From Eledone cirrhosa (taxonomy: Eukaryota): DNA of 64,000 bases. The DNA is taken from contig OZ024750.1 in NCBI GenBank assembly GCA_964016885.1, positions 39,308,001 to 39,372,000 on the forward strand, in the 5' to 3' direction. Numbering within the stretch: the stretch's first letter is position 1; every line of letters begins with the position of its first letter. The notes beneath the pieces are model-generated. The model was not told where the DNA came from and made no database searches. It worked only from the letters and a program-made list of their open reading frames with translations. The position numbers and the translations under genes were made by a program. Of the stretch, positions 24,960 through 38,224 are shown one piece after another.

Positions 24960-27846
24960 GTATCCTTTTTTAACCAATTACTCTATATTTACTATTGTAT
25001 TTTCACAGTAAAGTCTTTACCTCACATATCTCACATAGCATTTACATTACTCTATATATACTATTGTATTTTCACAGTAAAGTCTTTACCTCACATATCT
25101 CACATAACATTTACATTACTCTATATATACTATTGTATTTTCACAGTAAAGGCTTTACCTCACATAATACCTCACACAACATTTACATTACTCTATATAT
25201 ACTATTGTATTTTCACAGTAAAGTCTTTACCTCACATAATATCTCGCATAACATTTACATTACTCTATATATACTATTGTATTTTCACAGTAAAGGCTTT
25301 ACCTCACATAATATCTCACATAACATTTACATTACTCTATATATACTATTGTATTTTCACAGTAAAGTCTTTACCTCACATAATATCTCACAACATTTAC
25401 ATTACTCTATATATACTATTGTATTTTCACAGTAAAGGCTTTACCTCACATAATACCTCACACAACATTTACATTACTCTATATATACTATTGTATTTTC
25501 ACAGTAAAGTCTTTACCTCACATAATATCTCGCATAACATTTACATTACTCTATATATACTATTGTATTTTCACAGTAAAGGCTTTACCTCACATAATAT
25601 CTCACATAACATTTACATTACTCTATATATACTATTGTATTTTCACAGTAAAGTCTTTACCTCACATAATATCTCGCACAACATTTACATTACTCTATAT
25701 ATACTATTGTATTTTCACAGTAAAGTCTTTACCTCACATAATATCTCACATAACATTTACATTACTCTATATATACTATTGTATTTTCACAGTAAAGGCT
25801 TTACCTCACATAATATCTCACATAACATTTACATTACTCTATATATACTATTGTATTTTCACAGTAAAGTCTTTACCTCACATAATATCTCACAACATTT
25901 ACATTACTCTATATATACTATTGTATTTTCACAGTAAAGGCTTTACCTCACATAATACCTCACACAACATTTACATTACTCTATATATACTATTGTATTT
26001 TCACAGTAAAGTCTTTACCTCACATAATATATCGCACAACATTTACATTACTCTATATATACTATTGTATTTTCACAGTAAAGGCTTTACCTCACATAAT
26101 ACCTCACACAACATTTACATTACTCTATATATACTATTGTATTTTCACAGTAAAGTCTTTACCTCACATAATATCTCGCATAACATTTACATTACTCTAT
26201 ATATACTATTGTATTTTCACAGTAAAGGCTTTACCTCACATAATATCTCACATAACATTTACATTACTCTATATATACTATTGTATTTTCACAGTAAAGT
26301 CTTTACCTCACATAATATCTCACAACATTTACATTACTCTATATATACTATTGTATTTTCACAGTAAAGGCTTTACCTCACATAATACCTCACACAACAT
26401 TTACATTACTCTATATATACTATTGTATTTTCGCAGTAAAGGCTTTACCTCACATAATACCTCACACAACATTTACATTACTCTATATATACTATTGTAT
26501 TTTCACAGTAAAGGCTTTACCTCACATAATACCTCACACAACATTTACATTACTCTATATATACTATTGTATTGTCACAGTAAAGGCTTTACCTCACATA
26601 ATACCTCACACAACATTTACATTACTCTATATATACTATTGTATTTTCACAGTAAAGGCTTTATCTCACATAATATCTCGCATAACATTTACATTACTCT
26701 ATATATATATACTATTGTATTTTCACAGTAAAGGCTTTATCTCACATAACATTTACATTACTCTATATATACCATTATATTTTCACAGGTGGATTGGCAG
26801 TATCGGTAGAGGGTCTGACGCTATGCTTTGCAGCAAAGAGTTACGCCCCTTTATGGTTTGAGTTCAAATCCCGCCGAGGTTAACTTTGCCTTTCATCCTT
26901 ACGGGGTCGATAAAATAAAGTACCAGTAATGCACTGGATAATTGCTGGCCTTGTGCCAAAAGTAGAAACAATTATATTTTCACAGTAATGGCTTTATCTC
27001 TCATAACATTTACATTACTCTATATATACTATTATATTTTCACAGTAATGGCTTTATCTCACATATTATTGAATCTATAAGATTTTGATATTATTTATTT
27101 TGAGAACAATACCTTAACATCAGTATGAGCAGCTGGTTTGAATAGAAAGAGGTAAGAGAATTCTAGCCGGATATGGCCAGTTTAAATGCCAAAGGGTTAA
27201 TCTATATAACAGTACTGTTTGTCACACTTCAATATGGTCTGTCAAAAACGTTCCAATTTTTTTTAGAATTCATAGAACACGAATGGATGAGGTGGGAGTG
27301 AGGGGTGTATGTGTGTGTCAAACATTTTAAAACATGGTTGCATCCCTTTATCATGTTGGAAATCATCAGGATTTGGGCTCATGAAAGTCTGTTGATTTCC
27401 AGAAGACAACTAATGATAAAAGAGTGTCTGTGTTTTCTACTATTTGTCCATGACTCGTGTGCTCAAATCTTGAGTTATATATATATTAGTCTTTTAGTGG
27501 TTAGGGTTCCTTTTCTGGACTGGGTGGGGCAAGGCATGTAGTTTGTCATTGCTTTTCAGGATAGGACAAATGGGCCCAGTCATTAAAACACCCAAGAAAC
27601 CTCTTGTGAGATATAACTTGGTAGGAGTCTAGCTGAAACTGCATAGATGTGAGCTGTAACAACAGCAACAGCATGATAGAACTGCGACATCCTGTCATTA
27701 AAACACCCAAGAACCCTCTTGTGAGATGTAACCCCAGAAGAAGCCAGCTAATCTTACATGTGTTACCTGTCACAACAGGTATATGCTGTGGCCACCCCAT
27801 TAGGTTATTTTGTTTGTGTCAAAATATTGTCCTTAACTCATTTCAG
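24960..27846 (+). other. U12-type (minor spliceosome) GT-AG intron of IPO9
   Basis: 5' site GTATCCTTT (24960-24968); branch site TCCTTAAC (27830-27837) 9 nt before the exon; splicing restores the frame (TT|T TAT GTA CGT = F-Y-V-R). Confidence 0.92.
24977..26788. repeat. 60-bp MITE-derived satellite, about 30 copies. Same family at 14545-14830, 29925-30125, 40637-41410, 51995-53205, 54200-54540
   Basis: Unit ACATTTACATTACTCTATATATACTATTGTATTTTCACAGTAAAGGCTTTACCTCACATAATATCTCACATA; source of the YFHSKGFTSHNISH ORFs. Confidence 0.92.
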
Positions 27847-27905
27847 TTATGTACGTACTGTTGTAAATAATACAGAAGATGCAGACAATCCGGTTGATTC
27901 AGATG
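27847..27905 (+). CDS. IPO9: Importin-9 exon 8
   Basis: YVRTVVNNTEDADNPVDSD; donor G|gtaagt, phase 1. Confidence 0.93.
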
Positions 27906-28079
27906 GTAAGTGTGGTTGTATTGGTAGAACATCGGACAGAATGGTGTGATTGTATTGGTATAGCAGAATTGGTAGAGCATCAGATAGAATGGTGTGATTG
28001 TATTGGTTTAGCAGAATTGGTATTTCTTCACTGATCATGTGACCAAGTCGTCCTACTTGTCCTCTCTGTTTTGGCTAGG

Positions 28080-28675
28080 TTTCTAAGGCCGAATAGCTTT
28101 CCTGATGCCAACCACTTCACAGTATATACTGGGAACATGGCTTCTACAGCTGGTTACTCTTCCTAATGCCAACCACTTCATAGTGTGTACTGGAAACATG
28201 GCTTCTACAACTGGTTACTCTTCCTAATGCCAACCACTTCAGTGTGTACTGGGAACATGGCTTCTACAGCTGGTTACTCTTCCTAATGCCAACCATTTCA
28301 GTGTGTACTGGGAACATGGCTTCTACAGCTGGTTACTCTTCCTAATGCCAACCACTTCAGTGTGTACTGGGAACATGGCTTCTACAACTGGTTACTCTTC
28401 CTAATGCCAACCACTTCATAGTGTGTACTGAGAACATGGCTTCTACAGCTGGTTACTCTTCCTAATGCCAACCACTTCACAGTATATATTGGGAACATGG
28501 CTTCTACAGCTGGTTACTCTTCCTAATGCCAACCACTTCACAGTATATACTGGGAACATGGCTTCTACAGCTGGTTACTCTTCCTAATGCCAACCACTTC
28601 ACAGTATATACTGGGAACATGGCTTCTACAGCTGGTTACTCTTCCTAATGCCAACCACTTCACAGTATATACTGG
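28080..28675. repeat. 59-61-bp tandem repeat derived from SINE B internal sequence, about 9-10 copies
   Basis: CTTCTACAGCTGGTTACTCTTCCTAATGCCAACCACTTCACAGTATATACTGGGAACATGG. Confidence 0.88.
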
Positions 28676-29677
28676 GGGCATTTTATTGTGACTCCAGCAC
28701 TACCTCTTTACATGGTTTACATGGTGGACTTGGTGCTTTTCAAGGTCTATCACAACCTAATTACAACACTAGAGTGTTGGGATATATCTGACCATAGCTG
28801 CTTGATACAAGTTGACCTGAGGCTAAACAAGTCCTGCATTGTAAATCCATTTTTTTCTTGCTTTGTAGGTCTTGTACTTGCCTTCATCCTCATCATGAGC
28901 ACCTTTCTGGGACGTTGTTTTATAGCTGAATGCCTTCCTTAACCTCTTTGTTTCCAAATTTCTAATGAAAAGTACTACCTATGATTTTTATTAATTTTGA
29001 AAATAATGAAGAATTTGGTGAGGTTTAGTAATATAACTTTCTCATTATTAACTTTGACATCCTGTAACACATGAAACGGCATTAGCAAGTCTTTGAAAGG
29101 TACATAACAGCACTATTACTGTATAACATTGAACCATTTGTCTTTACTTTAGTTTACTGTAAACTTTTACAATCTGTCTACTACTAAAAATACTATGAAC
29201 ATTTGAAGCATATAGACAATATGCCCCCACACCCTCCCACTGTAAAGTGGTCGTGGAGGTGCCATGGCAAAAAAGCACCCAGCCCACACTGTAAAGTGGA
29301 CGTGTAGGCGCCACGGCAAAAAAAGCACCCAGGACTCACTGTAAAGTGGACGTGTAAGCGCAACGGAAAAAAAGCACCCAAGCACTCACTGTAAATGAGG
29401 TTGGTGTCAGGAAGGGCATCCAGCTGTAGAAATCAAGCCAGAATCAGTTCCCGTATGAGCAAGACAAGGTCAGCCGACCGGACACTGCCCACAACAGGAC
29501 AACCCGTCTAACCCATGCTAGCGTGGAAGAACGGGCGTAAAACTGATGATGATTTTAAAACAAACATTTTGTATTGTAGAACCAGGAGCAGCTTCAGGTG
29601 GTTTGACATCAACAGGATTAATGACTTTTCTTTATTTTATGAAGTCTATATGTCTGTTTTTTGTTTGTATTTCTCAG

Positions 29678-29829
29678 GTGAAGTCCTTGGATTTGAAAAT
29701 CTAGTCTATAGTGTCTTTGAATTTGTACTGGGTCTATTGGAGACGGTACGCTTTCGAGCTACTGTGAGAAAATCATGTGACCAAATATTATACTACATGA
29801 TTCTCTACATGCAAATCACAGAAGATCAA
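29678..29829 (+). CDS. IPO9: Importin-9 exon 9
   Basis: [22 protein letters not shown]...[10 protein letters not shown]; cag/gtatgt. Confidence 0.95.
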
Positions 29830-30569
29830 GTATGTGACCTTTTTCTTTTCTTTTAAAATTTATTTGTTGCATCATCACTACCATTTTACATCTATTTTTC
29901 ACACTTACATGAGTGAGACCCTTTAACATTTACATTACTCTATGTATACTATTGTATTTTCATGGTAAAGGCTTTACCTTGCATAATATCTCACATAACA
30001 TTTACATTACTCTATATATACTATTGTATTTTCATGGTAAAGGCTTTACCTCACATAATATCTCGCATAACATTTACATTACTCTATATATACTATTGTA
30101 TTTTCATGGTAAAGGCTTTACCTTGCTTAATTATCTCACAATATTGAATCTATGAGATTTTGACATTATTTATTTTGAGAACAATACCTTAACATCAGTA
30201 TGAACAGCCAGTTATGACCGGTTTAAACAGAAAGAGGTGAGAGAATTCTGGCTGGATACAGCCGGTTTAAATGGTTAGACAGTTCAGATGACTGTCTTGG
30301 TCTTCTCTTCCATTTTGATATGGTTTCTGTGGCTAGATGCCCTTTCTAATGCTAACTTCTTCATGGTATGTACCTGGTTGATTTTATTGTGGCACCATCA
30401 CTACCACATTTCAACACTAGGGTCACTTGCATCTTTGGCCAGGCTGGGAGGACTGTGATAGGAAGTGAGGAAGAGGGAGAGGGGTTTAGGCTGTCTATTA
30501 CTAACCAGTGGAGGGAGGCATAGCTTTAAAGGAAGTGACCGATGCCTAAAGGTATTGGGGACTGTTGCT

Positions 30570-31335
30570 CTTTCCATGCTGGTATGGTTGGACAAAGAGG
30601 TGGGGAATTAAAGGATCTTTCCATTTTGATATAGTTGGACAAGACGGGGAATTAAAGGATCTTTCTATGTTGGTATAGTTGGACAAGAAGGGGAATTAAA
30701 GGATCTTTCCATGTTGGTATAGTTGGACAAGAAGGGGAATTAAAGGATCTTTCCATGTTGGTATAGTTGGACAAGAAGGGGAATTAAAGGATCTTTCCAT
30801 GTTGGTATAGTTGGACAAGGGGAATTAAAGGATCTTTCCATGTTGGTATAGTTGGACAAGAAGGGGAATTAAAGGATCTTTCCATGTTGGTATAGTTGGA
30901 CAAGGGGAATTAAAGGATCTTTCCATGTTGGTATAGTTGGACAAGAAGGGGAATTAAAGGATCTTTCCATGTTGGTATAGTTGGACAAGAAGGGGAATTA
31001 AAGGATCTTTCCATGTTGGTATAGTTGGACAAGGTGGGGAATTAAAGGATTTTCCATGTTGGTATAGTTGGACAAGGGGAATTAAAGGATCTTTCCTTGT
31101 TGGTATAGTTGGACAAGGAAGGAATTAAAGGATCTTTCCATGTTGGTATAGTTGGAAAGAAGGGGAATTAAAGGATCTTTCCATGCTGGCATAGTTGGAC
31201 AAGGAGGGGAATTAAAGGATCTTTCCATGCTGGCATAGTTGAACAAGGAGGGAATTAAAGGATCTTTACATGCTGGTTTGGTTGGACAAGGAGGGGGAAT
31301 TAAAGGATCTTTCCTTGCTGGCTTGGTTAGACAAA
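30570..31335. repeat. 41-44-bp tandem repeat, about 17 copies
   Basis: GGGGAATTAAAGGATCTTTCCATGTTGGTATAGTTGGACAAGAA. Confidence 0.9.
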
Positions 31336-31498
31336 AAGGTAGGGAATTCAGGATAAGATGGATTTTTAAATTTCAATGTTAGTAACAAATTTGTTTTTTT
31401 TTCCAATTCTTTTTAAAATTAATGTAGGTAGGGTAACATAGAGAGGTTAACTATTTATAAAGCTTCTTATGTGTGTACATGCCAATAAGCAAGAGAAG

Positions 31499-31994
31499 TT
31501 TAACCCTTTAGCATTTAAACTGGTCAGAATTCTCTCACTTCTTTCTGTTCAAACCGACCATAACTGGCTGATCATACTGATGTTAAGGTATTATCAAAAT
31601 AAATATCAAAATCTCATAGATTCAATATTATGTGAGATAATTATGTGAAATAAAGCCTTTACCATGAATATCAGCATCACCGTTTTACGTCCATTCTTCC
31701 ACGCTGGCATGAGTTATGTGGGATGTCCTGTTGTGGGCAATACCAGGTCAAGTGACCTTGTCTTGCTCATACAGAACTGATTTTGGCTTGATTTCCAAGC
31801 TCGATGCCCTTCCTAACACCAACCTCATTTACAGTGATTTCTGGGAGCTTTTTTGCCGTGGCGCCTACACGACCCTGAAAATACAATAGTATATATAGAG
31901 TAATGTAAATGTTATGTGAGATATTATGTGAGGTAAAGACTTTACCCTGAAAATACAATAGTATATATAGAGTAATGTAAATGGTAAAGGGTTA
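31499..31994. mobile_element. TTAA-flanked piggyBac-like MITE. Other copies about 14420-14848, 24970-27200, 29915-30278, 35885-36134, 40619-41532, 45937-46418, 49357-49579, 49869-50282
   Basis: Termini TTAACCCTTTAGCATTT ... AAAGGGTTAA (TTAA-CCC...GGG-TTAA); shared internal body and 60-bp module; no transposase. Confidence 0.72.
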
Positions 31995-32074
31995 AAGAAA
32001 ATCCTTAGATTTATTGTTTTTTTTTTTTTTTCATCCACTTTCTCTTACACACTGCTGCTTTGTTTACCATTTAG

Positions 32075-32173
32075 GTTCGTCTTTGGAGTGGTGACCCTGA
32101 CCAGTTTGTAGCAGATGAAGATGATGATACATTTTCATATTCTGTTAGAATATCTGCCCAAGACCTTCTATTG
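32075..32173 (+). CDS. IPO9: Importin-9 exon 10
   Basis: [33 protein letters not shown]; tag/gtttgt; 99 nt. Confidence 0.94.
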
Positions 32174-32294
32174 GTTTGTTTTCCTACCTCATATCTCCAA
32201 ATATTTCTCTGACATCTTATATTCTTTCTTAGAAACTAACATATTTTCTTCATTCCATTTTCTCTTGTAAATTGTTGAGTATATCTCTCATTCT

Positions 32295-32700
32295 TTTTAT
32301 CTACCTTTCCTTTCTTTCGTCTAGCCATTCCTCTCTTTTCATCTACCTTTCCTTCCTTCCTTTTGTCTATCTTTCCTTCCTTTTGTCTATCTTTCCTTCC
32401 TTTTGTCTATCTTTCCTTCTTCTTGTCTATCTTTCCTTCCTTTCGTCTCTTTCCTTCCTTTCGTTTATCTTTCCTTCTTTTCGTCTATCTTTCCTTCCTT
32501 TCGTCTATCTTTCCTTCCTTTCGTCTATCTTTCCTTCCTTTCGTTTATCTTTCCTTCCTTTCGTTTATCTTTCCTTCCTTTCGTTTATCTTTCCTTCCTT
32601 TCGTCTATTTTTCCTTTCTTGCGTCTACCTATTCCTCTCCTTTCATCTACCTTTCCTCTTGTTCCATCTACCTTTTCCTTCCTTTCGTCTACCCTTTAGT
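32295..32700. repeat. 20-bp pyrimidine-rich repeat upstream of exon 11
   Basis: TCGTCTATCTTTCCTTCCTT units. Confidence 0.85.
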
Positions 32701-32788
32701 TTCCCTCCTCTCCCATATCCCCTCCCCTCTCCCTCCTTCTTTCTTCTCTCCTCTATTCTATTTTATATTCTTTCCCTTTGCTTTGCAG

Positions 32789-32895
32789 TCCCTTGCGGCT
32801 GAGTTTCCCAATGAAAGTGCCCCAGCCCTCTGTCAAGCCTTCACCCAACATATACAACAGGCAGAGCTTGACAAAAATGCTGGAAATCCAAATTG
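32789..32895 (+). CDS. IPO9: Importin-9 exon 11
   Basis: SLAAEFPNESAPALCQAFTQHIQQAELDKNAGNPN(W); cag/gtagga, ends phase 2. Confidence 0.9.
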
Positions 32896-34303
32896 GTAGG
32901 AATTCTTTGAGTTTGATTTAATTTTTGCTGCGTTTTTCCCCCTTTTTTTTTTTAAATATATTTTTAACCATTTTACCATTATGACAATAATTGACCTGGT
33001 GACCTCCCCAAATAATGATTTAAGATTCTACTATATAACTATACTGTGTATAGTGTATGGTGTCCATTATCATCATTGCCCTTTTATGTCCAGTTTTCCA
33101 CACGAGCATGGGTTAGACGAGTTGTCCTGTTGTGAGTCAAGTCAGATCAGGTGACCATGTCTTGCTCATACAGAACTGTTTCTGGCTTGGTGTCTACAGT
33201 TGGATACCCTTCTTAACATCAACCATATTTACAGTGTGGACTGGGTCATTTTGGTGCCATGATAAAAAAAACACCAACTGACAGGGTGGACTAGGTACTC
33301 ATGACACCAATACGACCACTTTAGAGTGGAGTGGGGGAGGTGTATGGGCCTCTTAGCTGTCCATGTCTTTATATATCTGGTAGGTTACACCATTTGACTG
33401 TTATCAAACACCCAGATGCTCAACAGGTTACAAATCATCATCATCATCACCGTTTTACGTCTGTTCTTCCTCGCTAGCATGCGATAGACGGGTTGTCCTG
33501 TTGTGGGCAGTGTCCGGTCGGCTGACCTTGTCTTCCTTATACGGGAACTGATTCTGGCTTGATTTCTACAGCTGGATGCCCTTCCTAACACCAACCTCAT
33601 TTACAGTGAGTGCTGGGTGCTTTTTTTCCGTGGTGCCTACACGTCCACTTTACAGTGGAATGATAGGACCCCAGTCCCTATTATCTCATTTCTACAGCTG
33701 AGTAAACTGGAGCAATGTGAAATAAAGTGTCTTTCTCAAGGACACAACTTTATATATCTGGTAGGTTACACCATTTGACTGTTAGCAAACACCCAGATGC
33801 TCGACAGGTTACAATTGTGACTCACCTTAATGTGTAGCTTGCATTAGAATGTGGCTCTCATCTATGGCACACCATGGCCATACACCACTGCCATACCTTA
33901 GACACACATCTGCACTATTTCTTCTCACTGGTTCTCTACTACAACCCCCCCCCCCCCCCCCCTGTTCTGTACCTCCTCCATTGAGGAACTCTCAACAATT
34001 ATTCCTCTCACACTCCTCCTTACTAACTAAAATACCATATCCTCTTCTACTAGACCACATATCTTCACTAATGCTGCCTGGACCAAGAATGAAACCCTTG
34101 ACCTAATGTAAGCCCAACACCCTAACCACTGGACCACATATTTTCACTAATGCTGCCTGGTCCAAGAATCAAACCCTTGACCTAATGTAAGCCCAACACC
34201 CTAACCACTGGACCACATGTCTTCACCAGTGCTGTTATAGAGCTGGAAATGTTGAACTATATTTATTATAGCTGAATTGTCTGTATTCATGATTTTGTTA
34301 CAG

Positions 34304-34446
34304 GTGGAAAGTTCATGAGTCATGTCTGTTGGCTTTGGGCAGTGTAAGGAATCTATTTGTTGATTATTTGAAAAAGGGTAAACTACAATTTGACATCAAA
34401 CATTTTATTGAATCTGTGATCCTTGCTGACATGGCAGCTGAATCAG
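34304..34446 (+). CDS. IPO9: Importin-9 exon 12
   Basis: WKVHESCLLALGSVRNLFVDYLKKGKLQFDIKHFIESVILADMAAES; cag/gtatgt. Confidence 0.93.
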
Positions 34447-34489
34447 GTATGTTTATGGTTTTAACAACATTCTTTACTCCATCTTTACA

Positions 34490-35240
34490 GTACACCTGTC
34501 TTGTCTTACACCTCACTCATGTACACACACGCACACACACACCTGTCTTCTGTCTTACACCTCACTCACGTACACACACACACACACACCTGTCTTCTGT
34601 CTTACACCTCACTCACGTACACACACACACACACCTGTCTTCTGTCTTACACCTCACTCATACACATACATGGACACACTCTCTCTCTCTTCACATGGAC
34701 ACACACTCTCTCTCTTCACATGGACACACACTCTCTCTCTTCACATGGACACACGCTCTCTCTCTCTTCACATGGACACACACTCTCTCTCTCTCTTCAC
34801 ATGGACACACACTCTCTCTCTCTTCACATGGACACACTCTCTCTCTTCACATGGACACACTCTCTCTCTTCACATGGACACACACTCTCTCTCTCTTCAC
34901 ATGGACACACACTCTCTCTCTCTCTCCACATGGACACACACTCTCTCTCTCTCTCCACATGGACACACACACTCTCTCTCTCTCTCTCCACATGGACACA
35001 CTCTCTCTCTCTCTCTCCACATGGACACACACTCTCTCTCTCTCCACATGGACACACACTCTCTCTCTCTCTCTCCACATGGACACACACTCTCTCTCTC
35101 TCTCTCCACATGGACACACACTCTCTCTCTCTCTCTCCACATGGACACACACTCTCTCTCTCTCTCTCCACATGGACACACACTCTCTCTCTCTCTCTCC
35201 ACATGGACACACTCTCTCTCTCTCTTCACATGGACACAGC
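34490..35240. repeat. Compound repeat: CACATGGACACACA(CT)n units preceded by CCTGTCTTCTGTCTTACACCTCACTCA units
   Basis: Directly visible; source of the ERERVC/HTLSLS ORFs. Confidence 0.88.
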
Positions 35241-35569
35241 ATCCCTCTTTATCCCCTCACACATGGGCACACAGCTCTCATCTATCTCTCTTATCACTTG
35301 TCTTACACCCTCTCTCTCTCTCTCTTCACATGCACCCTCACTCTCCTTACATCCATCTTTCCTCTATTTCAAGTAGTTATAGGTGGTAAACTGTTGTCTG
35401 GTTTAACACCACCACCTCCCCCAGTCTCCATTTCTCAGTATACAGCACTTTCAATATGAAATTTTGTATTAATAAAAGTTTTGAAATCTTCAAATTATAA
35501 TTCTCTTCAATTCTCTTCTAAAGATTTAACATTCTGCTTATTTCTGCCTCTCTCTCTCTCTCTCTCTAG

Positions 35570-35648
35570 TGTCACCGTTCTTAATTGGCCGTTGTCTTTG
35601 GACTGGCAGCAGGTTTGCTGCCGTCATGGATAACGAAATAATGGACAA
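35570..35648 (+). CDS. IPO9: Importin-9 exon 13
   Basis: (V)SPFLIGRCLWTGSRFAAVMDNEIMD(K); tag/gtaagt, phase 1 to 2. Confidence 0.92.
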
Positions 35649-36503
35649 GTAAGTATTCTTTAATCTTGGCATTACCATCATCATCATCATCATCATCAAC
35701 GACTATCTTCCACGCTAGCATGGGTTAGATGGGTTTGTCGCATTTAAAGGCAAGTTGGGTCGGGTGATGGTGTCTCACTCATATAGGAGTGTCATTACCA
35801 TATTTGGGATATATTTCATTGCCTATAATATCCAGTTGACACTTCATGTCCTGTACCACATGAATCCGCATTAACAAAACAGGCTTAACCCTTTAGCATT
35901 TAAACCGGCTGTATCTGGCCAGAATTCCCTCACCTCTTTCTGTTCAAACCGGCTGTAATTGGCCACTCATACTGATGTTAAGGTATTGTTCCCAAAATAA
36001 ATATCAAAATCTCATAGATTCAATATTGTGTAAGATAAAACCTTTACTGTGAAAATACAATAGTATATATAGTGTAGTAACAATAGTATATATAGTGTAG
36101 TATATATAGTGTAATGTAAATACTAAGGGGTTAAAATGTAGAAAACAACACTTTGATTTCATCATATTAAAAATTAAAGCCATTACCATAATATTTCAAA
36201 TTTCCACAACACTCTATCCACAAGTAAAAATACTACAAACAATTGAATTGAGTAACGCCACATCGTCTACAAATTGCAGCCGACTGATTTTACATAACAT
36301 CTTGACTATAAATATCTTCCTTTTCTATAACTTGACTATAAACCTCTTTCTTTTCTATAACAACTTTACTATAAACCTCTTTCTTTTGTATAACAACTTT
36401 ACTATAAACCTCTTTCTTTCCTATAACAACTTGACTATAGACTGCTCTTTTCTATAACAACTTGACTATAACCATCTTTTCTCTCTTTCTCTTCTAATTC
36501 TAG

Positions 36504-36732
36504 ATTTCTTCAGGCTACCATGACTGGTTTACATCCCAATCAACCAGCCAGTGTTAGAATTTCTGCTGTGAGAGCAGTTTTTGGTTTTTGTGAACATCTA
36601 AAGAATACTGGTAACACACAGCTTTTGTTCAACTTCCTCCCAAACATGACGGAGGGTCTTCTCACAATTACAACACAGTTTTCATCGAATGTTTTAGCAC
36701 TTACTTTGGAAACTCTGATACTTGTGTTGGCA
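36504..36732 (+). CDS. IPO9: Importin-9 exon 14
   Basis: FLQATMTGLHPNQPASVRISAVRAVFGFCEHLK...TLETLILVLA; tag/gtgagt. Confidence 0.93.
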
Positions 36733-38086
36733 GTGAGTACTTTGATACTTATTATCTTCCTCGGTGGAGTTTTTTTTAAATATTTATTTATTTTTTAAAA
36801 AGATTGTATATTCAACTTATCTGAACTTTATAAATACTAGTTTTTTTTTTTCAACATGCTGACGTGTGTGTGTGCGTGTGCGTGTGTGCGCGTATGTACA
36901 TATGCACACATTCATATGTATGAGTATATAAATATAAATGCGCAAACAGACACACTTACAAAAATACACACTCACAAGCATACATTCACTCAAATACACA
37001 CACATACATGCTCACACACAGCGTAGCAAATGGAACGCCAGCTGCTGTTTTGCTATAGTTTTTTCAGTCCCCTTCCATCCTTTTTACACATACATGCATT
37101 CACACAAACACACACAAACACATTGTGTGACGGATGGAAGTTGCTCAAATTTATATATATGTATGAATCTATGTGTGTGTGTATACTCTTTTACCTGTTC
37201 CAGCCATCCGGCTGAGGTCATGCTAGGCCACCACCCTTAGATATGTGTGTGTGTGTGTGTGTATATATGTATGTATATGTATATATGTATGTGTATGTAT
37301 GTATATATATGTGTATGTATACAACCTGTCCCATGGTTGGGTCGTTGGCGACTAAACTGGCAACCCCACCAAGGTTTCTTGGTGAGGAGGGTGACTTTGG
37401 ACATCCTGCAGGACTAAAAACAAAACCTGTCAAAGGGCAAAGGAGCTCTTAAGAGTCAATGGCCATCCAAAATCACTGGGAGAGATGACCCCTTAGCCTT
37501 TGTCAAGGCAGAATTCTAGGAGAAGGAAAACTCTGATATAACACCTGCAACCCTGATGGTATCCAATGATGTTGACTTGTTCTTCTTTTTGGTAAATATC
37601 ATCTTGGTTAAGAGAGTGGGACTGGCTTTGTGCAGTGCCTTTGCTCACTATAAAAGCTTCACGGCACAGGCATTGCTTTATATCTGGAGATCTCTCTGCA
37701 CTTGTCGTCACATGGTACCATGGGCCTAGCACTATGTGTCAATAATTGTCACAAGTGTAGTGTTTGTACCAGAATTTTCAAGTCGCTGGCTGGACTAAAA
37801 AGTCACACTCGTTTAGCGCATCAATAGGGGTCCTCCTACATGGATATAAAGTAGTGGCCGTACTCGAAAACGAGTTGGCAGCCACCATGTATATGTATAT
37901 AAAATTAATTGTTTATAGTAACTACACTTATCTGAAAATGTCACTTCAATTATATTTCTTTGGCAATCTTTATTGCCAAAGAAATATAATTCTGAAAGTT
38001 CACAAATTAAGTTTTTCGTATCGCAATACAAGAACCATATTCTCTCATTCTCTCCATTAAACCATAATTCTGTCATTCTGTTTCAG

Positions 38087-38165
38087 ATTGATGACAATTT
38101 TACAGCTAGTGTAGAGTGTAAAGTCACTCCATTAACCATTGCAGTTTTCCTCAAATATAGCAGTG
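38087..38165 (+). CDS. IPO9: Importin-9 exon 15
   Basis: IDDNFTASVECKVTPLTIAVFLKYSS; cag/gtaggt, ends phase 1. Confidence 0.92.
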
Positions 38166-38224
38166 GTAGGTATTGGGTTTCCTTTTCACCTCAACTGAGG
38201 AAAACAAAATATGGCAGAGGATTA

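Noticed and set aside
24995-26731. Repetitive YFHSKGFTSHNISHNIYITLYILL ORFs (also 40615-41432, 52127-53124)
   Set aside because: The 60-bp satellite unit is a multiple of 3 and happens to lack stops in some frames; intronic and present in both orientations.
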